A DNA stretch of 63,803 nt, the filler included, from Octopus bimaculoides (lineage: Eukaryota): the NCBI RefSeq assembly GCF_001194135.2. It is 6 parts of 5 records of this genome, joined end to end, with 100 filler letters (N's around TTAATTAATTAA, not from the genome) between each part and the next. Parts side by side here need not be neighbours in the genome. Positions count along the whole stretch, not along the records: positions 40,498 to 55,622 come from NC_068985.1; positions 55,723 to 62,679 come from NC_069010.1; positions 62,780 to 63,803 come from NW_026361426.1; 3 more parts are not named here. One strand, given 5' to 3'. The notes beneath the pieces were generated by a model. The model was not told the DNA's origin. It searched no databases and worked only from the letters and a program-made list of their open reading frames with translations. Made by a program: the position numbers and the translations under genes. Position 1 is the first letter of the stretch, and each line of letters starts with the position of its first letter. Shown here piece after piece: positions 55,298 to 63,803 of the stretch.

Positions 55298-55622
55298 ATG
55301 GTCTTGGCACTCCGTCGGTTACGACGACGAGGGTTCCAGTTGATTCGATTAACGGAACAGCCTGCTCGTGAAATTAACGTGCAAGTGGCTGAGCGCTCCA
55401 CACACACGTGTACCCTTAATGTAGTTCTCGGGGATATTCAGCGTGACACAGAGTGTGACAAGGCTGGCCCTTTAAAATACAGGCACAACAGAAACAGGAA
55501 GTAAGAGTGAGAGAAAGTTGTGGCGTAAGAGTACAGCAGGGTTCGCCACCATTCCCTGCCGGAGCCTCGTGGAGCTTTAGGTGTTTTCGCTCAATAAACA
55601 CTCACAACGCCCGGTCTGGGAA
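55298..55622 (-). mobile_element. SINE family B
   Basis: Reverse complement of 41085-41412; head lost in gap. Confidence 0.88.
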
Positions 55623-55722
55623 NNNNNNNNNNNNNNNNNNNNNNNNNNNNNNNNNNNNNNNNNNNNTTAATTAATTAANNNNNNNNNNNNNNNNNNNNNN
55701 NNNNNNNNNNNNNNNNNNNNNN

Positions 55723-56030
55723 GTGAGTGTTTATTGAGCAAAAACACTTAAAGCTCAACGTGGCTCCGGCAGGAGATGGTGGCGAACCCTGCTGTACTCT
55801 TACACCACAACTTTCTCTCACTCTTACTTCCTGTTTCTGTTGTGCCTGTAATTCAAAGGGTCAGCCTTGTCACACTGTGTCACGCTGAATATCCCCCGAG
55901 AACTACGTTAAGGGTACATGTGTCTGTGGAGTGCTCAGCCACTTGCACGTTAATTTCACGAGCAGGCTGTTCCGTTGATCGGATCAACTGGGACCCTCGA
56001 CGTCGTAAGTGACAGAGTGCCAACAACAAC
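55723..56030 (+). mobile_element. SINE family B
   Basis: Matches 41113-41412. Confidence 0.88.
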
Positions 56031-56395
56031 GCATGTGTGTATGTATGTATGTATGTATGTATGTACGTGTATATGTATGTATGCATGCATACATACATGT
56101 ACGCAGATCTGTTAATGTATTTTATCTCTAATGTTGCCTTATCATTTTTATCTTCTGCAGAATTGACCAGTTTCCTGCCAAGGCACAATGCCATCATTAT
56201 CATTAATTACGCAGATTCAAATCTAATCAAAAATAAATATTCATCAACTCATTAAAAAATTTCTTTGTCTCCTAAGACAAACCTTCCGTTGTTGCTGTTG
56301 ATTTTGTAATTTCTGTAGTTTTGTTGTTGTTGTAGCTGTTGTCGTTGCTTTGCTTTGCTGCCAGAAGTTAGGCCTGGTCAATCAGGCAATGCTTT

Positions 56396-56623
56396 CACCC
56401 ACAGATATTTTGTCAAACTACGAAGTGTTGAAGCATGGCACCACAAAGTCTCTGACAGCGACATGTACCTGTTACACTTCACTGACAAGCCCCAAGAAGG
56501 GTGAAATACAAATGAAGTTCTCATGAGTCACTGTTAGGATGATATTTGCCTTGATCCGATGCATATTTTGTTGTCAACACCATCTATGAAGAGATTTTCT
56601 CTCAGTCAAAAAAAAAAAAAAAA
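56396..56623 (+). repeat. Dispersed repeat ending in poly(A); second copy at 57980-58195
   Basis: Shared TACACTTCACTGACAAGCC.CAAGAAGGGTGAAA..GATTTTCTCTCAGTC(A)n. Confidence 0.75.
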
Positions 56624-56823
56624 GAAAACACAGTGTATGTTTAAGAAGTAACATACATAAATGGTGATATACATACACANNNNNNNNNNNNNNNNNNNNN
56701 NNNNNNNNNNNNNNNNNNNNNNNNNNNNNNNNNNNNNNNNNNNNNNNNNNNNNNNNNNNNNNNNNNNNNNNNNNNNNNNNNNNNNNNNNNNNNNNNNNNN
56801 NNNNNNNNNNNNNNNNNNNNNNA

Positions 56824-57238
56824 TACTCTTTTACTTGTTTCAGTCATTTGACTGTGGCCATGCTGGAGCACTGCCTTTAGTTGAGCAAATCGACCCCAGG
56901 ACTTATTCTTTGTAAACCTAGTACTTATTCTATCGGTCTCTTTTGCCGAACAGCTAAGTTACAGGAACGTAAACACACCAGCATCGGTCGTCAAGCGATG
57001 TTGGGGGGACAAACACAGACACAAACATACACACACACACACACACACACATATCTATATCTATATATATATATATATATACGACGGGCTTCTTTCAGTT
57101 TCCGTCTACCAAATCCACTCACAAGGCTTTGGTCGGCCCGAGGCTATAGTAGAAGACACTTGCCCAAGGTGCCACGCAGTGGGACTGAACCCGGAACCAT
57201 GTGATTGGTTAGCAAGCTACTTACCACACAGCCACTTT
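56824..57238 (-). mobile_element. SINE family A
   Basis: Reverse complement of 51103-51535. Confidence 0.9.
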
Positions 57239-57269
57239 TACACCTATATATATACATGTGTGTGTGTGT

Positions 57270-57575
57270 GTGAGACGGCCTTTTTCAGTTCACATCTACC
57301 AAATCCACTTACAAGGCTTTGGTCTTATTAGGACATATCAATAGGGTGGAGAGGATACTAGAAATAACAGCTAAATCTATTACTAATTAGGAAACCACTA
57401 CTAGGACACTAAATTTGCTAGAAATAACAGCTAAATCTACCACTAACGAGGAAACCTCTATTTGGACACAAGGCTATAGTAGAAGACACTTGCCCAAGGT
57501 GCCATGCAGTGGGACTGAACTGAGGACAATGTCATCGGGAAGCAAGCTTCTTACCCCACAACCATGCTTGCTCCT
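57270..57575 (-). mobile_element. SINE family A head interrupted by an insertion carrying 60-bp repeats (about 57325-57469)
   Basis: CAAGGCTTTGGTC at the left and AGGCTATAGTAGAAGACACTTGCCC at the right are near-contiguous in intact copies. Confidence 0.7.
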
Positions 57576-57629
57576 ATGTATATATATTTCCTTCCTAATT
57601 TTTTTTGTAGTACAAGGCCAGTAGCTTTG

Positions 57630-57810
57630 AAAGAGGTTAAGGTAATTTAAGTTGGTTACCTTAAGACCAGGGCTCAACTGGTACTCATTTCGTTGATCTC
57701 AGGAGGATGAAAAGCAAACTTGACTTTGATGGAATTTGAACTCAGAATGTAAAGATCTGGAAGAAATGCAGTTAAAACATTTTGTTTGGTGCAGTAACAA
57801 TTCTGCCGGC
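57630..57810 (-). mobile_element. SINE family D (diverged)
   Basis: CTGGTACTCATTT..GGATGAAAAGCAAACTTGACTT..GGAATTTGAACTCAGAATGTAAAGA. Confidence 0.65.
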
Positions 57811-58426
57811 TCAACTGGTGAGGAGGGTTCCTAGAAAAACCCAGCAGGATTACACACAAGACCGGTGAAAAGCATGGATGGACCTAATGTAGGTTCAATG
57901 ATTATCTAGTAACAGCATGGGCTCCCAGAAATTTCAGGGTGGTGTCTGATGTGCTGGAAGACCACTGGGATGTTCCGATCCACAGACACTTTGTCGAACT
58001 ATGAAGTATTAAAGCATAGCAACATAAAATCCCTGGCAGTAACATGTACCAGCTACACTTCACTGACAAGCCTCAAGAAGGGTGAAACACACCTGACGTT
58101 CTTATGAGTCACTGCTAGGATGATATTTGCCTTGATCTGATATATATTTTGTTTTCAACATAAAAGATTTTCTCTCAGTCAAAAAAAAAAAAAACGACTA
58201 AGAAATAGATACAGTATCCCTCAGTGTTTGCTAAAGCATGTCTCTAGGAGAAGGTCACTCTGATATGAAACCAGATATTCAGGGAATGGCATTGGACATT
58301 TTAAGGATCTTTTGTTTGTGCTTGAGATTATGGCACTCCCATTCTTGAGCATGTGGCTCATATTGGCCCTGGACATTTTGCCCTAGTTTTGTCTCTGGAT
58401 CATGTTAATAGGGTGGAGAGAATACT

Positions 58427-58830
58427 AGAAATAACAGCTAAATCTACTTCTCGTGAGAAAACCTCTACCTAACAGCTAAATCTGTCACGAATTAGGAAAC
58501 CTCTATTAGGACACTAAATTTGCAAGAAATAACAGCTAAATCTATCGTTAATTAGGAAACCTCTATTAGGACACTAAATTTGCTAGAAATAACAGCTAAA
58601 TCTATCACTAATTAGGAAACCTCTACTAGGACACTAAATTTGCTAGAAATAACAACTAAATGTATCACTAATTAGGAAACCTCTATTAGGACACTAAATT
58701 TGCAAGACATAAAAGCCAAATCTGTGTCTCATGAGAAAACTTCTATCTGGTCACTTAGTTTGTTAGAAATAACAGCCAAATATATGTTTAATGCAGAAAC
58801 TTCTTGCTGGTCACTAAAATTGCTAAAAAA
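58427..58830. repeat. 60-bp tandem minisatellite, about 6-7 units (2 more units at 57358-57470)
   Basis: Unit GAAATAACAGCTAAATCTATCACTAATTAGGAAACCTCTATTAGGACACTAAATTTGCTA; in phase across the 60-nt lines. Confidence 0.92.
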
Positions 58831-58917
58831 TAACAACCAGATCTATTTCTAACCAAGAATAACTGAATTTGAACAAAAAATTCAGATGTTTTTCTATCAT
58901 TTTCAATTTTCTCACAC

Positions 58918-59995
58918 ATTGCCAGTGCCCTTGGACTGGCTCTTGTGCGGGTGGCACATAAGATGCACCATTTTGAGTGTGACCGTTGCCAGTGCCGCCT
59001 GACTGGCCTTCGTAGGGTTTTCGAGCGAGATCGTTGCCAGTGCCCCTGGACTGGTTCTTGTGCGGGTGGCACATAAAAGATACCATTTCGAGCGTGGCCG
59101 TTGCCAGTGCTGCCTGACTGGCCTTCGTAGGGTTTTCGAGCGAGATCGTTGCNNNNNNNNNNNNNNNNNNNNNNNNNNNNNNNNNNNNNNNNNNNNNNNN
59201 NNNNNNNNNNNNNNNNNNNNNNNNNNNNNNNNNNNNNNNNNNNNNNNNNNNNNNNNNNNNNNNNNNNNNNNNNNNNNNNNNNNNNNNNNNNNNNNNNNNN
59301 NNNNNNNNNNNNNNNNNNNNNNNNNNNNNNNNNNNNNNNNNNNNNNNNNNNNNNNNNNNNNNNNNNNNNNNNNNNNNNNNNNNNNNNNNNNNNNNNNNNN
59401 NNNNNNNNNNNNNNNNNNNNNNNNNNNNNNNNNNNNNNNNNNNNNNNNNNNNNNNNNNNNNNNNNNNNNNNNNNNNNNNNNNNNNNNNNNNNNNNNNNNN
59501 NNNNNNNNNNNNNNNNNNNNNNNNNNNNNNNNNNNNNNNNNNNNNNNNNNNNNNNNNNNNNNNNNNNNNNNNNNNNNNNNNNNNNNNNNNNNNNNNNNNN
59601 NNNNNNNNNNNNNNNNNNNNNNNNNNNNNNNNNNNNNNNNNNNNNNNNNNNNNNNNNNNNNNNNNNNNNNNNNNNNNNNNNNNNNNNNNNNNNNNNNNNN
59701 NNNNNNNNNNNNNNNNNNNNNNNNNNNNNNNNNNNNNNNNNNNNNNNNNNNNNNNNNNNNNNNNNNNNNNNNNNNNNNNNNNNNNNNNNNNNNNNNNNNN
59801 NNNNNNNNNNNNNNNNNNNNNNNNNNNNNNNNNNNNNNNNNNNNNNNNNNNNNNNNNNNNNNNNNNNNNNNNNNNNNNNNNNNNNNNNNNNNNNNNNNNN
59901 NNNNNNNNNNNNNNNNNNNNNNNNNNNNNNNNNNNNNNNNNNNNNNNNNNNNNNNNNNNNNNNNNAAAGCGGACGTTAAACGATGATGATGATGA
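58918..59995 (+). mobile_element. RTE-family 3' UTR with about 115-bp tandem units and a (GAT)n tail, mostly in gap
   Basis: GTTGCCAGTGC..CTGACTGGC units resemble the reverse complement of 29885-29960; GGACGTTAAAC(GAT)n at 59970-59999. Confidence 0.65.
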
Positions 59996-60036
59996 TGATG
60001 TATGTATGTATGTATGTGTCTTCTGTTTTTTAATTA

Positions 60037-60192
60037 GTGGTTGGCGTTAGGAAGGGCATCCAGCTGTAGAAACTCTGCCAAATTTAGATTGGAGCCTGGT
60101 GTTGCCATCCGGTTTCACCAGTCCTCAGTCAAATCGGCCAACCCATGCTAGCATGGAAAGCGGACGTTAAACGATGATGATGATGATGATGA
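60037..60192 (+). mobile_element. RTE-type 3' tail (LINE or partner SINE end)
   Basis: GTGGTTGGCGTTAGGAAGGGCATCCAGCTGTAGAAAC..GGACGTTAAAC(GAT)n, homologous to the reverse complement of 29753-29895. Confidence 0.8.
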
Positions 60193-60387
60193 ACTGCCAT
60201 CATTTTCTCACCAGAACCTGAACAAAACACTTTTTTGTTTTGTTTTTGCTGTGAGTTATTCTGGTCACAATCAATTTTGCGATTAATGAACTGGTACGAC
60301 ACTCCGTATGCCCATAGGCTATATTTGAGAGATGAGGAATTATTTACATTTGATGTATATTTGTCCTTATCTTGTTTGTTATTAACA

Positions 60388-60735
60388 TATAGGAAAGTGG
60401 TTATATACCATTAGGTGTACACCGCTTCCGTACATTAAATTTCTAGAAGGAACAACGGAACGCAGATTCGGAACCATCAACACAACGGTATTTATTTACA
60501 GAGGAAATAGGCAGCACTTTGCCCATTTGGTTGCTGAGCCGCCGTCAATGATGTTGGTTGGTTATTTGTCTAGCTCCAGAGTTGGAATGTTGGAAAGAGC
60601 TGTCTCCAGAGTTGGAATGTTGGAGAGACTGCTTGACACGTCCAAGCTCATGGCCGGCCGAGAAAGAGAATGAATCAGGGCGCGAAACTTGAATATTGAT
60701 TACTATGCATCTGCATGTGACAAGGCGTTACTACA
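60388..60735 (-). mobile_element. Solo LTR (348 bp)
   Basis: Ends TATAG...CTACA (TGTAG/CTACA with 1 change); TSD AACA 60384-60387 and AAGA 60736-60739; AATAAA on the minus strand near 60490. Confidence 0.7.
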
Positions 60736-60739
60736 AAGA

Positions 60740-60781
60740 CAACATTTCAGCTGATATACCCTCCAGCCTTCATCAGGTGTC
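60740..60781 (-). ncRNA. Hammerhead ribozyme remnant
   Basis: GACAC-CTGATGA-A-GGCTG..CAGCT-GAAAT-GTT-G; two C>T changes at CpG sites; stem I broken by the LTR. Confidence 0.65.
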
Positions 60782-60789
60782 TTGGGGAA

Positions 60790-61090
60790 GGCACGTAACT
60801 TAGTGGTTGGGGTATTTAGCTCACGATCGTAAAGTTATGAGTTCGATTCCCGGCAGAGCGTTGCATCCTTGAGCAAGGCACTTAATTTCTCATCGCTCCA
60901 GTCCACTCAGCTGGCAAAAGTGAGCTGTACCTGTATTACAAAGGGGCTGGCCTTGTCACATTCTGTGTCAGGCTGAGTCTTCCTGTGAACTATGTTAAGG
61001 GTAGACGTGTCTATGGAGTGCTCAGCCACTTGCATGTTAATTCTATGAGCAGGCTGTTCCGTTGATCCGATCAACTGTGGAACCCTTGTC
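60790..61090 (+). mobile_element. CORE-like tRNA SINE (family C) sharing the family B tail
   Basis: GAGTTCGATTCC; CCTTGAGCAAGGCACTTAA; tail TGTACCTGTATTACAAAGGG..GAGTGCTCAGCCACTTGCATGTTAATT. Confidence 0.75.
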
Positions 61091-61136
61091 GTCATAATTA
61101 ACAGAGTACCAGTTCTTTAGTTGCTATACTGGTTGT

Positions 61137-61378
61137 TGTGTGGAGGCACATGGCCTCAGCAGTGGTCGAGGGATCACAGGTTCGAATCTCAGACTGGATG
61201 ATGTGTGTGTTTGTGAGTGAAACACCTAACTTCCATGTAACTCCGGCAGAAGGTAATGGTGAACTTCTGTTGACTCTTTTGCCACAACAACTTTCCCTCC
61301 TGCATCTAACAGCTCACCTATAACAGATCTGTGTCCCCTCCAGGTGGGGAACTAATATGCCAATGAAACCAGGAAAAA
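61137..61378 (+). mobile_element. SINE with family B head and body but a different tail
   Basis: GTGGAGGCACATGGCC..GTTCGAATC..GAAACACCTAA..CTCCGGCAG..CACAAC.ACTTTC, then TCTGTGTCCCCTCCAGGTGGGGAAC..ATGCCAATGAAACCAGGAAA. Confidence 0.65.
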
Positions 61379-62494
61379 AAAAATTTTTCTAAATTTTAAA
61401 AAATTCCCTTCAATAAATCCTAGAATTTTCTCTTTTTCGAATTTTTAAACAAATCAGTCTGAATTGTTTTTGCTTCAGTCCCAGCAATAGATCATCTTTG
61501 GTTGCATCATCATTCCATTAAATGTGTTTATGGGGTAAAAAAAATACTGAAAAACATCAATTCATATCAGAGGGACAAAGAAACAAGGAAGGTATTAGCA
61601 GATCGTGGGAAGTGCTAAAAACAACAGCCAAATAGCCCATAGGATCAAAAGCAAAGTCGACCTCGGCGGAATTTGAATTCAAAACGTAAAATTACAGCGA
61701 ATAATTCTCAACAATTTCTTTTATTTCATGATAACTAGGATACATAGAGGGGACGAACTAGGACAAGACAAAAACAAAAAATAATTCTCAACGAAATCAA
61801 ATATTATTGTAACGGAACTTTTACTTCAGAGGAGACTAATTTTATTGGTTAATAGCCTAGCACCGTTTATTGATACTAGCGGGTGTTAACGGTGTTGCTA
61901 TTTCCGGTTCCTGTTGTTAGTCATGGTGGAAAAATCGTCAACACAAACATTGTGGTGTTTGCTGAGAAATTAATTTGGGTTAAGGAAGCTGCGATTCAGG
62001 TCAGTGGTCATTGGGTCGAAGGTGAAGCTACCCGACACATACACGTGTGTATGCACATACATACATATAGATACACGCATTGACGAAAACGCACTCAAAT
62101 ATACACACATTGCATAGATACATACATTGTAACAGGCAGACACACTCGTATAGACTCAACCCTGGTACGGCGTTCGACCCAGGGTTAAAAAAAACCCCCA
62201 ACATTCTCGTATATACATAGACATATACATACGTAGGCACACCTATACATCTATTAAAATTACCCATACGTATATATATATAAATGCATTTACATATATA
62301 GTCTATATAAACTGCTACTTGAGCACATACACACACATCTCAGGTGTGTATATGCACACGCATTGATCATATATCTACGCACACACACACATCTATGGCA
62401 ATGAAGGTGTATAAGTAGGCTATGCAGACAAGCTTAATTAACACTGGTGATAATAGCAATAGTTTTAATTGTCACTTAATTAATGAAGTAAATT

Positions 62495-62554
62495 ATGGCT
62501 GAAGAAGAGGAACAAACAGAGACAAGTGAGAAAACGCCGCTCCAGTGTGCAGAG
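62495..62554 (+). CDS. Candidate first coding exon of an unidentified host gene (MAEEEEQTETSEKTPLQCAE)
   Basis: AATTATGG start context, 20 acidic codons, phase-0 donor GAG|GTAGGT followed by a pyrimidine-rich intron-like tract. Confidence 0.4.
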
Positions 62555-62611
62555 GTAGGTTTCCCCTTTTTTCTTTTTACCATGATGGACATGTCCCAAT
62601 CTTTATTTTCA

Positions 62612-62679
<68 letters not shown>

Positions 62680-62779
62680 NNNNNNNNNNNNNNNNNNNNN
62701 NNNNNNNNNNNNNNNNNNNNNNNTTAATTAATTAANNNNNNNNNNNNNNNNNNNNNNNNNNNNNNNNNNNNNNNNNNNN

Positions 62780-62821
<42 letters not shown>

Positions 62822-63327
62822 AACATGTAGATATGACAGATAGATAGATAGACAGACAGACAGGTAGAGAGATACATCGACAAAAAGACAGATACAAATA
62901 TACAAACACATGAGCACATAGATATACACATATAACAAACATACACATAAAAAATTCAGATATATATGTGTGTATGTACATATGTAAATAAATACAAATA
63001 TATATTCAACACACCACACAAACACACGAGTGTGTGTATAATATACATGAATGTATGTGTATATGTGTGTGTGTATATATATATATGTGTGTATGATTAT
63101 ATATGTATATGCACACACACATGTATATGTATATATGTATGTATGTNNNNNNNNNNTATATATGTATATGCACACACACATGTATATGTATATATGTATG
63201 TATGTATATAAATAGATACATGTATGTAGATGTGTGTGTGTATGATTATATATGTATATGCACACACACATGTATACGTATACATGTGTATGTGTATATA
63301 TATATATATATATATATNNNNNNNNNN

Positions 63328-63362
<35 letters not shown>

Positions 63363-63803
63363 AACACGTGCATATATACACACACACACAAACACATCTA
63401 TGTATACATATGTATAAATACATATATATACATGTGTACACATACATATATGTGTGTGTATTTGTGTCTGTATATATATATACATAAAAATTTGTATATA
63501 TCGTATATGTTCAAGTATACAAGTGAGTATATGAATGCAAAATATCAGAAAATGTATACCTATATTCTTTTATTCTTGTATATCTTTTACACAATGGACT
63601 GCATCCATGCTTAGGTACCACCTTATCATACACATTCGAATATAAACAGATACACAGAGATTTAGACATACACAATTTGAAAATTGCAAATATACATGAA
63701 TGTATATATGTGCGTGTAGGTATGTATATACACATGTAAATACATATACATATAAATGCACATGTATATACATGCAAATATCATAATCAGTATATATACA
63801 CAT
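62780..63803. repeat. (TA)n/(TG)n low-complexity region with small gaps
   Basis: Direct. Confidence 0.9.

Larger units (their letters stand above)
60320..60788 (-). mobile_element. Penelope terminal-repeat fragment (same family as 23220-23315) split by a solo LTR
   Basis: Reverse complement CCCCAAGACACCTGATGAAGGCTGGAGGGTATATCAGCTGAAATGTTG..TGTTAATAACAAACAAGATAAGGACAAATATACATCAAATGTAAATAAT matches 23221-23315. Confidence 0.8.

Noticed and set aside
55298-56030. Head-to-head inverted SINE B pair as a natural palindrome
   Set aside because: The two copies are separated by an artificial linker, so true adjacency and orientation are unknown
58427-59152. CRISPR-like arrays (60-bp, 115-bp and the 21-bp array at 18971)
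   Set aside because: Head-to-tail repeats without unique spacers, no cas genes, eukaryotic context

Overview
Repeat-saturated, AT-rich eukaryotic (animal) draft-assembly DNA with many N gaps. The SINE and microsatellite landscape resembles an octopus genome (inference from recalled repeat sequences, not a database hit). No complete host gene is recognisable; there are only a few short candidate exons, the best being MAEEEEQTETSEKTPLQCAE|gtaggt at 62495. Most protein-like sequence belongs to transposons: a Penelope-like element with an inverted 5' half, two internally deleted Ty3/gypsy elements (one with the unusual PR-IN-RT-RH order), a 5'-truncated RTE LINE, R4/Dong-like and Hero-like LINE tails, and a Merlin/IS1595-type DNA transposon with TIRs, an 8-bp TSD and a long open transposase frame. 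At least five tRNA-derived SINE types are present. The most interesting signal is a set of four hammerhead-ribozyme motifs from about three families. Two of them (9287-9573 and 23054-23315) lie in a shared architecture: a 16-bp TATA-containing motif, then a tRNA-like A/B-box head, then a type I hammerhead. One of these units is fused to the 3' end of the Penelope-like element. Five 100-bp N44-TTAATTAATTAA-N44 linkers are assembly artefacts, so adjacency across them is not guaranteed.
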